Source: Pyrinomonadaceae bacterium (GTDB lineage Bacteria > Acidobacteriota > Blastocatellia > Pyrinomonadales > Pyrinomonadaceae). Taken from it: 64,000 bases of DNA. A program made the position numbers and the translations under genes. Shown here in pieces: positions 1 to 9,599 of this stretch. The DNA is taken from positions 384,001 to 448,000 of the forward strand of contig JBKBYA010000001.1 of assembly GCA_046313635.1 (NCBI GenBank). The letters are read 5' to 3'. How positions within the stretch are numbered: the stretch's first letter is position 1; every line of letters begins with the position of its first letter. Under the pieces are notes generated by a model. The model did no database searches. It saw nothing but the letters and a program-made list of their open reading frames with translations, and was not told where the DNA came from.

Positions 1-2
1 AC

Positions 3-554
3 TACGACGGCGACGGCAAGGCGGACATCGCGGTCTGGCGCCCGAGTCAGGGCTTTTGGTACGTGAGAAAGAGTACCGACAATTCGATACTGATCGGGCA
101 GTGGGGCATCGCGGGCGACCGTCCGGTACCGGCCGATTACGACGGCGACGGCAAGGACGACTTTGCCGTCTTCAGGCCGTCGGAGGGCGTGTGGTACATC
201 TTCCGCAGCTCGGACAACCAGATCGAATTCAAGGCCTTCGGCATCGCCGAGGACAAGACCGTGCAGGGCGACTACGACGGCGACGGCAAGGCGGACGTCG
301 CCGTATGGCGTCCTTCGACGGGCGTGTGGTACGTGCTGAGAAGCAGCGACGGTGATTTTCGCGCGTTCCGATTCGGGCTGGCGGGCGACATTCCGGTCGT
401 CGGCGATTACGACGCAGACGGCAAATTCGACTACGCGGTCTGGCGGCCGAGCGAGGGATTTTGGTACGTGTGGAAGAGTTCGGACTCGTCGGCGCAGTAT
501 TTTCTCTGGGGCGCGGCCGGCGACATTCCGCTGCCGGCGTCGCTCGTGCGGTAG
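3..554 (+). CDS. C-terminal part of an FG-GAP/VCBS-repeat secreted protein (5'-truncated by window)
   Basis: Repeated DYDGDGKAD(I/F/V)AV(W/F)RPS-G-WY motifs; frame is open from the window start. Confidence 0.9.
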   Translation, partial: YDGDGKADIAVWRPSQGFWYVRKSTDNSILIGQWGIAGDRPVPADYDGDGKDDFAVFRPSEGVWYIFRSSDNQIEFKAFGIAEDKTVQGDYDGDGKADVAVWRPSTGVWYVLRSSDGDFRAFRFGLAGDIPVVGDYDADGKFDYAVWRPSEGFWYVWKSSDSSAQYFLWGAAGDIPLPASLVR

Positions 555-557
555 CCG

Positions 558-1274
558 TCAGGCGCTGCCCGGACGCTTGAATCGATAGCCGACGCCGCGA
601 ACGGTCTGGACGATGGCGGGGTTGTTCGGTTCGTCCTCGAGATACTTGCGGAGGCGGACGACGAAGTTGTCGATGGCGCGTGTATCGGTATCTTCCTGCA
701 TCTCCCAGACGCGCTCGAGTATCTCGCTGCGCGAGACGGCGCGGCCCTCGTTCTCGATCAAATAGCCGAGCAGCTTGGCCTCCATTAGCGTCAGGTGAAA
801 TCTCTCGCCGCCGTGATGCAGCTCGAGATTGTCGAGATCGATGCGGCGGCCGTTTATCTCGAGCACGCGCGACTCGTGCTCGGCCGCAGTGCCGCCCGTC
901 TGCAGGACAAACCACTCGCGCCGCCGGAGCAGCCCGTTGAGCCGCGCCAGAAAGATCGAAAGATCGAATGGCTTTGGCAGATAATCGTCGGCCCCTGCCT
1001 CGAAGCCATTCAGTACATCCTCCGGCCGACCGCGCGCCGTCAGCATAAGGATCGGCGTGTAGTCCTCACGCCGCCGCAGCTCGCGTGCGACGTCAAATCC
1101 GCTGATGCCCGGCAGCATCACGTCAAGCACGATCGAGTCAAAAGCGCCGTCGGCCGTCAGCTCGAGCGCAGCCTCGCCGGTCGGCGCGATCTCGACCTCG
1201 TAGCCCTCGGCCTCGATATTGAATCGCAGCCCGTCAGCGATGTGCTCTTCGTCCTCGACGATCAAAATGCGCAT
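558..1274 (-). CDS. OmpR/PhoB-family response regulator
   Basis: Receiver (VEDE, LDVMLP, LTA, KPF) plus winged-helix C-terminus (IQ/VQTVRGVGY). Confidence 0.95.
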   Translation of the reverse strand: MRILIVEDEEHIADGLRFNIEAEGYEVEIAPTGEAALELTADGAFDSIVLDVMLPGISGFDVARELRRREDYTPILMLTARGRPEDVLNGFEAGADDYLPKPFDLSIFLARLNGLLRRREWFVLQTGGTAAEHESRVLEINGRRIDLDNLELHHGGERFHLTLMEAKLLGYLIENEGRAVSRSEILERVWEMQEDTDTRAIDNFVVRLRKYLEDEPNNPAIVQTVRGVGYRFKRPGSA

Positions 1275-1515
1275 AGGTGTAAGTGTGAAGTGCGAGTGGT
1301 GAAGGGTGAGTTGTAAATTGTATTTAGTGAATCGTAAATAACGAGTCGCTTTTCTTCATTTACCATTTACCATTGACCATTTACCACGATCAAAATGCGC
1401 ATAGGTGTAAGTGTGAAGTGCGAGTGGTGAAAGGTGAGTTGTAAATTGTATTTAGTGAATCGTAAATAACGAGTCGCTTTTCTTCATTTACCATTTACCA
1501 TTGACCATTTACCAC
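1258..1515. repeat. 128-bp tandem duplication (2 copies, 1 mismatch) containing heptamer arrays
   Basis: 1258-1385 repeats at 1386-1513; only difference is G1304/A1432. Confidence 0.95.
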
Positions 1516-1534
1516 TCACCACTCACACTTCGTC

Positions 1535-2437
1535 TCACCCTCTCGGCAGTCTTACCCAAAACGTGCTTCCGCGGCCGGGGCCCTTGCTTTCGACGCCGAC
1601 GCGGCCGCCGTGCTTTTTGACGATCGCCCTGACGATCGGCAGACCGAGGCCGGTACCTTTGACGCCTGCGGCGGCGCCGCTTGGCGCGCGGTAAAAGCGC
1701 TTGAAGATCCGCTTGGCGTCGGCCGGCGCGATGCCGATGCCGTTGTCCTTGATGTAGATCTCGGCGGCGCGGTTCATCGCCGACGCCTTGATCCGCACGG
1801 CGATCTTGGGCTCGCTGCCCGAATACTTGACGGCGTTCTCGAGCAGATTCGAAAACACGGTCTGCAGCTCGCCGCGTCGCCCGAGCACGACTATCGGCTT
1901 GTCGGGCGCCGTAACGCGTATCGAGTCCTCCGGGAGATGGAAGCGTCCCCTCACGACCGAAGCGGTCTCCTCCAACAGCGAAGCCAGCTCGACCTCCGAC
2001 GGCTCTTCGCCGCCGACCGATCTCTTACGCTCGCGCGTCCGGCTCGCCTCGAGCACCTGCTCGACGGTGCGGAGCAGGCGGTCGTTGTCCTCCAGCATGC
2101 GGTCGTAAAACTCGCGGCGGCGCTCGGGCGGCAGCTTTTCGTCGCGGGCGCGGAGCGTCTCGAGATACAGGCGGATGGAGGCGATCGGCGTCTTCAGCTC
2201 GTGCGTGACGGCATTTAGAAACGCGTCATGCTGCTCGTTTCGGCGGATCTCGCGCACGAGAAAGATCGTGTTCAGTATCAATCCCGTGATGATCAGCGTA
2301 AAAAAGACCGCGCCCAGCACGAGCAGCGCGACCTCGCGGATATTCAGGATGATCCAGCCGATATTCAGCGCGATGGCGAGCGCCGTCAAAGCGATGCCGA
2401 GGACCAAAAAGAATATCGCTGTCCGCCGTCGCCGCAT
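1535..2437 (-). CDS. Membrane sensor histidine kinase
   Basis: Two N-terminal TM segments, H-box THELKTP, NLLENAVKY, DNGIG, GTGLGL. Confidence 0.95.
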   Translation of the reverse strand: MRRRRTAIFFLVLGIALTALAIALNIGWIILNIREVALLVLGAVFFTLIITGLILNTIFLVREIRRNEQHDAFLNAVTHELKTPIASIRLYLETLRARDEKLPPERRREFYDRMLEDNDRLLRTVEQVLEASRTRERKRSVGGEEPSEVELASLLEETASVVRGRFHLPEDSIRVTAPDKPIVVLGRRGELQTVFSNLLENAVKYSGSEPKIAVRIKASAMNRAAEIYIKDNGIGIAPADAKRIFKRFYRAPSGAAAGVKGTGLGLPIVRAIVKKHGGRVGVESKGPGRGSTFWVRLPRG

Positions 2438-2474
2438 TCAGGGTGATTGTAGGCAAAGTCGCGTCGCGGTAAAA

Positions 2475-2549
2475 GTGAGACGAGAAAAAGCGAAAAGGTG
2501 AGACAGGCTGCCTCGGCCCGTCTCACCTTTTCGTTCTCTCACCCTTTCG
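2475..2549. repeat. Inverted array of ~8-mer repeats; possible terminator of the desaturase
   Basis: CGAAAAGGTGAGAC (2491-2504) is a perfect inverted repeat of 2520-2533, with degenerate extra units outside. Confidence 0.7.
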
Positions 2550-2556
2550 GGCGGGG

Positions 2557-3420
2557 TCAGGCTGCTTTGCGCATTACCTTTTGCTCCTCGGACTCGAGGT
2601 CGAGGGCGTAGACGTCGCGGACGAGGCCGAGCCTCTCGAGCAGGCGGATCTGCTGCCAGTTGACGTCAAACTCGCGCGTCGTCAGACCGTGGCGTGCCGA
2701 GCGCGGGTAAGCGTGGTGATTGTTGTGCCAGCCCTCGCCGAATGTGAGCGCGGCGATCCAGCCGTTATTGCGCGAGTCGTCGGTAGTGTTAAAGCGGCGC
2801 GAGCCCCAGAGGTGCGTCGCCGAGTTGACCAGCCACGTAAAGTGCCAACCCGCGACCGTTCGCAGAAAGATCCCCCAGACGACCATCTGCCAGCCGCCGA
2901 TCAAATACAGGACGACGCCCGCGACGATCGGCGTGACGAAATAGAACTTGTCGAGCGCGACGAGATACGGGTCGCGGATCAGGTCGGGCGAATATCGACG
3001 AACGGCCGACTCGGGCTGCATCTGCGCCGTCCCGCGAAAGATCCAGCCGATGTGGGCCCAGTAGGTGCCGCCTCGAGGGCTGTGAGGGTCCTTGTCGGTC
3101 TCGGTAAAGGCGTGATGGATGCGGTGCGTCGTGACCCAGGCGATCGGGCCGGACTGCATCGCGAGCGTCCCGCACGTGGCGAGAAAGCGCTCAAACCAGC
3201 GCGACGTCTTGAACCCGCGATGGGTCAGCAGACGATGGTAGCCGATGCCGATGCCCCAGCTGCCGGCGACCCACCACAGCACGAGAGCGGCGGCGAGATT
3301 CTGCCAGCTGAATGTAAAAAATGCCGTGACGGCGATCAGGTGAAATGCCGCGACAAAAAACAGCGTGTGCCAGTTGATGCGATCTCTGGTACCTAATTCA
3401 AATTCGACGACGTTCTGCAC
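2557..3420 (-). CDS. Delta-9-type fatty acid desaturase
   Basis: His boxes HRLLTH, HRIHH, HNNHH; GEGWHNNHH motif. Confidence 0.95.
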   Translation of the reverse strand: MQNVVEFELGTRDRINWHTLFFVAAFHLIAVTAFFTFSWQNLAAALVLWWVAGSWGIGIGYHRLLTHRGFKTSRWFERFLATCGTLAMQSGPIAWVTTHRIHHAFTETDKDPHSPRGGTYWAHIGWIFRGTAQMQPESAVRRYSPDLIRDPYLVALDKFYFVTPIVAGVVLYLIGGWQMVVWGIFLRTVAGWHFTWLVNSATHLWGSRRFNTTDDSRNNGWIAALTFGEGWHNNHHAYPRSARHGLTTREFDVNWQQIRLLERLGLVRDVYALDLESEEQKVMRKAA

Positions 3421-3510
3421 GATTCGTTATTCCTCTCTTCCGTAAACTGGGCCGCGGCAGGTCAAACCGTAGCCGCTGATTTAACCTTAACAATTCGAAC
3501 CGGCAGGTAA

Positions 3511-3526
3511 TGTAAGAGTTTTGTAA
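3511..3526 (-). promoter_or_regulatory. Direct repeat TTACA-N6-TTACA, candidate OmpR-family operator upstream of the desaturase
   Basis: TGTAA at 3511 and 3522 (11-bp period) in AT-rich upstream DNA. Confidence 0.45.
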
Positions 3527-3564
3527 TTTGGCGGAAGCGGTGCAGAGAGATACGGTGAGCGTCG

Positions 3565-5499
3565 TCACGACTCGCGTCGCGAATATATGAGAGCGCCCGG
3601 GATGCGTTCGAGGTCGCTCTTAAGGCCGGCGTAGGCGCCGGTCAGCGTGACAAAGTAATTGATCAGCCCGGTATCGAGCCGGTCGCGCACGATGCCGACG
3701 ATCGTCGACGGGTCGGCGTCGTCACGATTTTTGAGCGGCCCCTTTTTTCGCAGCTCGATAAAGAGAACGTGAAAGGGGAATTCCGGCATGTGTTGGACAA
3801 CCTTGCGAGCGGCGTAGACGGCGACGATCTCCTCGAGCACGGCGACCTTTGTCGGGACGAGCTCGACGAATTCGGCCGGCAGATCGTGCGCGATGAACTC
3901 GTCGCCCGGCGCGACACCTGAACGTTCCCTTTCGGCGGCGCGGATGATCTTGGTCTGCTCTTCGATCTCGCCCGCGTGCGACATCGCCTCGTCGAGCCGG
4001 CCCTTGCTGCGAAGGTATCGGAATGCAACGTCGTTGCCGGCGAGACGATACTGCCCGTCGAGAGCGATCGCGCGCTCGATATCGGCGAGCCCGGCGTCGT
4101 TATCGAGCGACAGGCGCGCGCATCCGAGGCTGTAGACGATCTCGGCGGCGTCGGGAAATCGTGCCGCCGCCTCCTCGAGTACGGGGAGCGCGGCGGCGAT
4201 GCCCTCGTGGTCGGCGCGGCGGCCGGCGAGCTCGAGCATCTCTTCGGCGGTGAGCTCGGCCCCGGCAGAGCGCTTTTGCTCAAGCTCGGCGATGCGCTGC
4301 TCAGACTCGCGCAGCTGCTTGTAGCGCTCGCGCCACTGCGAGGCGGCCATCTCGCTCCACATTTCGTCAAACTCGGCGGCGAGGCGCGCCGAGAGCTCGC
4401 GTCCGAGCATCGCCTCGGACGCGTCGGTCTCGACCGCGAGCGAGATCTCGGGGAGATCGCCCGATGTCCAGTAGCCGATCAGCCGCAGACGCTCGGCGAG
4501 CGACGGGTGCGAGTCTTCAAAGTCGGTCTTGACCGCGAGAGCCTTTTCGATGGTCGCCGCGGCGCGGTGCTCGTCGACAAATCCGAGCGAGCCGATCATT
4601 CGCGAAAAAAGCTGCGGCACGGGAGATTCGTTCCGGGCGTTCTCGCGCTGTATCGCGGGCCAGAATTCGTCGTCGATCGACCGCGACTTTGCCTCCATTA
4701 TCACGAGCGACTCGCCGAGCGGCCGCGAGCCGACGAGGTACGCAGCGTCGGCATCCGCCGCGATCTCGTGGCCGCGCATCAGCACGAACGAGTACGCCGA
4801 AAAATACGGGAAGTACCAGTCGACAAACTTGCGGTAGAGCGATGCAAGCTTGTTCTCGGCCTCGGCCTGCGACTCGATCAGGCGGCCCCATGCCTCGCGC
4901 ATCTGGTACGCCCACTTGGCAAAGGCGCCGTGCTTGCCCGAGATGTGGCCGATCTCGTGGGCGACGACCGCCTTGAACTGGTCGGGCGTGAGGGCCTTCA
5001 TCGTCGGCAGGCCGACAAGCAAAAAGACCTTACGGCCAAAGATGCCGAATCGCGGCATCGTCACGACCGCGGCATTGAGAGTGTCGGTCACGAGGATCTT
5101 TGCCGGCCGACGCGCCCGCAGCTCGCGGCAGGTCTCATCGACGAACCTAAACAGTTCGGGAGCCTCGGCGGGCGTGATCTCGCGACCGGTCGGGTCGGGC
5201 ACCTTCGCGGTGATCGACCTTACGGCCGAGCCGAGAAATCCGAAGTAGATGCCGAGCCCCGGGATCAGCGCCCACCAGATCTTACCGGTCAGCAGCAGCA
5301 GCCGGCCGATGGTGCCGGGCTGCACGATCGCCGCCGCGATGACGATAACGACCGGTGCGATGAGCAGCAGCACGAGTGCGATAAAGTAGGCGTAACCGAG
5401 GACGGTCAGCAGGAGCACCTTGAGCTCGTACCGCCGCGGATCGCGGGCGGCCGAGCGCTCGAGCCGCTCGATCAGGGAAACATATTGTGCGTATTTCAT
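3565..5499 (-). CDS. M48-family membrane metallopeptidase with helical/TPR-like C-terminus
   Basis: HEIGH, EIAAD, SHPSLAERL motifs; N-terminal TM helices. Confidence 0.88.
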   Translation of the reverse strand: MKYAQYVSLIERLERSAARDPRRYELKVLLLTVLGYAYFIALVLLLIAPVVIVIAAAIVQPGTIGRLLLLTGKIWWALIPGLGIYFGFLGSAVRSITAKVPDPTGREITPAEAPELFRFVDETCRELRARRPAKILVTDTLNAAVVTMPRFGIFGRKVFLLVGLPTMKALTPDQFKAVVAHEIGHISGKHGAFAKWAYQMREAWGRLIESQAEAENKLASLYRKFVDWYFPYFSAYSFVLMRGHEIAADADAAYLVGSRPLGESLVIMEAKSRSIDDEFWPAIQRENARNESPVPQLFSRMIGSLGFVDEHRAAATIEKALAVKTDFEDSHPSLAERLRLIGYWTSGDLPEISLAVETDASEAMLGRELSARLAAEFDEMWSEMAASQWRERYKQLRESEQRIAELEQKRSAGAELTAEEMLELAGRRADHEGIAAALPVLEEAAARFPDAAEIVYSLGCARLSLDNDAGLADIERAIALDGQYRLAGNDVAFRYLRSKGRLDEAMSHAGEIEEQTKIIRAAERERSGVAPGDEFIAHDLPAEFVELVPTKVAVLEEIVAVYAARKVVQHMPEFPFHVLFIELRKKGPLKNRDDADPSTIVGIVRDRLDTGLINYFVTLTGAYAGLKSDLERIPGALIYSRRES

Positions 5500-5614
5500 G
5501 GGCGATAAAGATCGGGATGAAGACCGGACGGAAGTATATGCGACGTTTGCCGCGATGCCGAAGCCTGGACCGCAGCCGCCGGGAGGCGCTCGTCAGGCAT
5601 CTGGGCCCGAAATC

Positions 5615-5643
5615 TTGCCATTCCCGGGCGGCAGGCGTATGGT
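5615..5643 (+). promoter_or_regulatory. Sigma-70-like promoter
   Basis: TTGCCA-N17-TATGGT upstream of the STAS gene. Confidence 0.5.
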
Positions 5644-5736
5644 TGACTCATCCAGAGTTCAGCTGACTCTCGCTTCAGTCGCCGCGGAATTCGCCGTTTC
5701 CTCTGATCTTCGCAGCTAGCAGAAATGGTAAAGGCA

Positions 5737-6117
5737 ATGAACGATATAAATTTCTCGATCCGGGAGGTCGGGAGCGTAACGGTCCTCGACCTTCAAGGCC
5801 GCATCGTGCTCGGTGAATCGAGTGCCAGACTTCATCAAAAACTCAGATCGCTTGTCGAGGACGGCAAGCGAAACGTCGTCATCGATCTTAAGAATGTGAC
5901 GACGCTCGACTCGAGCGGTCTGGGCACGCTCGTCGCGGGCTACGCGAGCCTCGAGCGCGCGGGGGGCCGGCTAAAGCTCTGCTGCCTGCCGGCCAAGATA
6001 TCCGAGCTGATGCTCATCACAAAGCTCTACGCCGTCTTTGACGTCTTCGATACCGAGGCCGCGGCCGTTGCGAGCTTTGACGTGGCTGCGGCGCGGTCAC
6101 AAAGTTCCATTCTCTGA
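5737..6117 (+). CDS. STAS-domain anti-sigma factor antagonist
   Basis: DLKNVTTLDSSGLG motif; alternative start at 5725. Confidence 0.92.
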   Translation: MNDINFSIREVGSVTVLDLQGRIVLGESSARLHQKLRSLVEDGKRNVVIDLKNVTTLDSSGLGTLVAGYASLERAGGRLKLCCLPAKISELMLITKLYAVFDVFDTEAAAVASFDVAAARSQSSIL

Positions 6118-6228
6118 TCGAGGCCCGCCGCTCATCTTTGATGCGACCGCGGTCTTCGGTCGGTGCCACCGGGCGCCCGCGTCGCTCCCGAACCGTTGCA
6201 ACGCACGACCACGACAACGACTCGACGA

Positions 6229-7782
6229 ATGAAGATCCTTCTCTACAATCCTGACAATGGGGTGACGCGCAACTTTATGCCGCATCTCTGGATGTTTCTC
6301 TTGCAGGCGCTGACGCCCGCCGAGCACGAGGTCGTGCTCATCGACGGCAACGCCAAGGCGATGACCCGCGCCGAGCTGGTGCGGTTTTGCCTTGACGAAC
6401 AGATCGGACTCGTCGGGATCGGTTCGATGACGAGAATGATCGCCCGCGCCTACGCGGTCGCCGACGCGCTCCGCGAGGCGGGGATCAAGGTCGTGATGGG
6501 CGGGCCGCACGTGACGGAATGTCCCGACGAGGCGCTCGGCCGCGACGGCGGACCGCGCCACGCCGACGCCGTCGCGCTCGGCGAGGCAGACGAGTATTGG
6601 GCCCGCATCGTCGACGACGCGGCCCGCGGCGAGCTCAAAGATATTTACCAGCCCGAGACTGACGCCAAGGGCAGCGACAAGAAGCCGAGCCTGCAGCCGT
6701 ACCCGCACATTCCGTGGGAGACGCTCGACCTCGAGCAGTTCAGCCTTGTCCCCAAATTCCTGCGGCCCGTGATGTCCAGGCTCGGCGAGGGCTGGGGCAA
6801 GTTCTTTGTCGTGCCGATCGAGACGGGACGCGGCTGCCCGTACGGCTGCGAGTTTTGCACGGTGACCGGATTCTTCGGCGACTCGATCCGCTTTCGCGCA
6901 AATGACGACGTCGTTCAGGAACTGCTGAGGCTCAAGGCGCGCGCGCGGCGCGAGCGGGGGCAGATCGCCGTCTTCTTTATCGACGACAATCTCGCGATCA
7001 ACAAAAAGCGTCTCAAGTCGCTGCTCCGCGACATCATCGCCGCGGACGCGCAGCTGCCATGGGTCGCGCAGATCAGCGCCAACCTGCTCGCCGACGAGGA
7101 GCTTGTCGACCTGATCGCCGAGGCCGGCGGCAAGTGGATCTTTATCGGTATGGAGTCGATCGATCCGGCGAATATGGCGGACGTCAACAAGACATTTTCA
7201 AAGCCGGCCGATTACCGATCGATACTCGACGGGCTCGCGCGGCGCGACATCTACGCGATCACGTCCTTTATCTTCGGCATGGACAACGACACGGTCGGCG
7301 TGGCCGAGCGCACCGTGTCGCAGATCGAGAGCTGGGCTCCGGGCCTGCCGGTCTTTGGCCAGCTGACGCCGTTCCCGGCGACGCCGCTTTACGAACGGCT
7401 GGAGAGGTCCGGCCGGCTGCAGCGGCCAAAGCACTGGCTCGACTTCGCTCCGTTCGTGATGGCCCACGACCCGCTCAAGATGAGCATCGAGGAGGCGCGC
7501 GCCGAGACATTCAGCGCGTGGTCGCGCAGCTACAGCCCCGAGCGCAACCTGCAGGCGATCGAGTCGATCCGCAGCGCTCCCGTGCAGACGCGGATCGGCC
7601 ATCTCGTCGCGAGACTTTTTTTTCGCGGCATCTATTTTCCGCAGATGAACAAGCGGGCGTGGCTCAAGCTGCTTTTTGACAACCGGCGGGCGATCGTCAG
7701 GCTCGCGGGCGAAGGGCTTGCCGCATGGCGCGGCCCGCGCCGGCGCGGGCCTGCCGACGAGCTGCGGGCCGAAGAAGCGTAG
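6229..7782 (+). CDS. B12-binding radical SAM protein
   Basis: MGGPH cobalamin-domain motif; TGRGCPYGCEFC; FFIDDN; IGMES. Confidence 0.92.
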   Translation: MKILLYNPDNGVTRNFMPHLWMFLLQALTPAEHEVVLIDGNAKAMTRAELVRFCLDEQIGLVGIGSMTRMIARAYAVADALREAGIKVVMGGPHVTECPDEALGRDGGPRHADAVALGEADEYWARIVDDAARGELKDIYQPETDAKGSDKKPSLQPYPHIPWETLDLEQFSLVPKFLRPVMSRLGEGWGKFFVVPIETGRGCPYGCEFCTVTGFFGDSIRFRANDDVVQELLRLKARARRERGQIAVFFIDDNLAINKKRLKSLLRDIIAADAQLPWVAQISANLLADEELVDLIAEAGGKWIFIGMESIDPANMADVNKTFSKPADYRSILDGLARRDIYAITSFIFGMDNDTVGVAERTVSQIESWAPGLPVFGQLTPFPATPLYERLERSGRLQRPKHWLDFAPFVMAHDPLKMSIEEARAETFSAWSRSYSPERNLQAIESIRSAPVQTRIGHLVARLFFRGIYFPQMNKRAWLKLLFDNRRAIVRLAGEGLAAWRGPRRRGPADELRAEEA

Positions 7783-7895
7783 TTTGGTCAGCCGCCCGCG
7801 CGGCCGCCGAGATCAAAGGCTTGTTTTACGCCTCGACCATCTGTTCTAATTGCGCCAAAGCCCACCCGAGTTCAAGCCGTTTCGATGAGGGAACT

Positions 7896-8873
7896 TTGAA
7901 TAGGTCCGACATATTCCGTGCATGGCGAAGCATCTTGAGCGGGCGATACCCGTCGCTCTCGATCGAGATCACGCGCGAATGTCCGCTTCGCTGCCCGGGC
8001 TGCTACGCTTACGAGCCGGAGCATCTCGGCGGCGGCAAGCTGCTCCGCTCGCTGGCCGATCATAAGTCGCAGGAGCTGATCGACGGCGTGCTCAAGCTCG
8101 TCGACGAGCATCGCCCGCTGCACCTCTCGATCGTCGGCGGCGAGCCGCTGGTCAGGTTTCGCGAACTCAACACACTGCTGCCGATCCTCAGCGCGCGAGG
8201 CGTGCACGTCCAGCTCGTGACGAGCGCCGTCCGCGTTATCCCGGCCGAGTGGGCCGAGATCCCAAACCTCTATATCGTCGTCTCGATCGACGGCCTCGAG
8301 GCCGATCACGACGCGCGGCGCAAGCCCGCTACATACCGGCGCATTCTCGAGAACATCCTCGGTCATCGGATCACGGTCCATTGCACTATCACATCGCAGA
8401 TGGTCCGCCGCGAAGGCTACCTGGCGGAGTTTCTCCAATTCTGGTCCGCGCGCCGAGAGGTCAAAAAGATCTGGTTCAGCATCTTTACGCCGCAGGTCGG
8501 CGCCGAGGACGTCGAGATACTGACGCCGGCCCAACGCGATGCCGTGATCGACGAACTGCTCGAGCTCAAGCGCCGTTTCCCCAAGCTCGAAATGCCGTCG
8601 AGGGTCATCGAGGCATATCGCCGTCCGCCGGCATCGCCCGACCGGTGCATCTTTGCCCGCACGACCGCGAATTACACCGCCGATCTCGAGACGCGCATCT
8701 CGCCGTGCCAGCTCGGCGGCGATCCCGACTGTTCGCGCTGCGGCTGCATCGCTTCGGCCGGCCTGCACGCGGTCGGAGAGCACCGGCTGCTCGGACTCGT
8801 TAAGCTCGAACGCATCCTCGACGCGTCGCTCAAGGCCGGCGCGGCATTGCGCTCGAGACAGCCAAGACCGTGA
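7896..8873 (+). CDS. Radical SAM protein with C-terminal Cys cluster
   Basis: CPLRCPGC, GGEPL, SIDG, PCQ...CSRCGC; TTG start after GAGG. Confidence 0.88.
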   Translation: MNRSDIFRAWRSILSGRYPSLSIEITRECPLRCPGCYAYEPEHLGGGKLLRSLADHKSQELIDGVLKLVDEHRPLHLSIVGGEPLVRFRELNTLLPILSARGVHVQLVTSAVRVIPAEWAEIPNLYIVVSIDGLEADHDARRKPATYRRILENILGHRITVHCTITSQMVRREGYLAEFLQFWSARREVKKIWFSIFTPQVGAEDVEILTPAQRDAVIDELLELKRRFPKLEMPSRVIEAYRRPPASPDRCIFARTTANYTADLETRISPCQLGGDPDCSRCGCIASAGLHAVGEHRLLGLVKLERILDASLKAGAALRSRQPRP

Positions 8874-9143
8874 TCGACGACGCTGTAACGCGAAAAGAGT
8901 TTGCAACGAACGCATTAAAAGGGCATCATACTTACGTACACACCTTCTCTCGCGTCCTGCTGGACGCGCTTCTCTAAACCGGTTTTCGGATAAGTTTGAG
9001 AGCAGGGCCCTTGCAGATAACCAGAAGTAGCAGCTCTCAGCGATTTTTTTGAGAACCAGTAACCGACCGTTCGCCAATGCGCGGAATCACCGTCAGTTCG
9101 CATCTTCTTTAGAATTCCCGTCCGACGGGAAAGGAAATTAGTC

Positions 9144-9491
9144 ATGTCAATGAAACTTTACGTAGGAAACCTCTCCTTCAACACCTCGAATCAGGACCTC
9201 AGCGATATCTTTGCCGAGGTCGGCACCGTCCAGTCCGCGAACGTTATCGAAGACCGCGAGACGGGTCGTTCGCGCGGTTTCGGCTTTGTCGAGATGTCGT
9301 CGCGTGCGGAGGGCGAGAACGCGATCGCGCAGCTCAACGGTAAAGAGGTCGAAGGCCGCGAACTGAAAGTGAACGAGGCGAAGGCCCGCGAAGATCGGGG
9401 CGGCTTTGGCGGCGGTGGTGGTCGCGGCGGACGCCGCGGCGGCGGCGGCGGATATCAGGGCGGCGGATACGGCGGCGGCAGCCGCTGGTAG
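9144..9491 (+). CDS. RRM-domain RNA-binding protein with Gly-rich tail
   Basis: RNP2 LYVGNL and RNP1 RGFGFVEM. Confidence 0.96.
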   Translation: MSMKLYVGNLSFNTSNQDLSDIFAEVGTVQSANVIEDRETGRSRGFGFVEMSSRAEGENAIAQLNGKEVEGRELKVNEAKAREDRGGFGGGGGRGGRRGGGGGYQGGGYGGGSRW

Positions 9492-9527
9492 GCCGCCGGC
9501 CAGGCATCTGGCCTTTGTAATACTACG

Positions 9528-9568
9528 GAGGTGCCCGAAACAGATCGCGGCACCTCTTCTTTTTTTTT
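9528..9568 (+). terminator. Intrinsic terminator
   Basis: GAGGTGCC...GGCACCTC followed by a long T tract. Confidence 0.8.
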
Positions 9569-9599
9569 CAATGCGGCCCGCTCAGCGGAGGATCCAGAT

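Noticed and set aside
1258..1515. Possible CRISPR array
   Set aside because: Two adjacent near-identical 128-bp units with no unique spacers and no cas genes.
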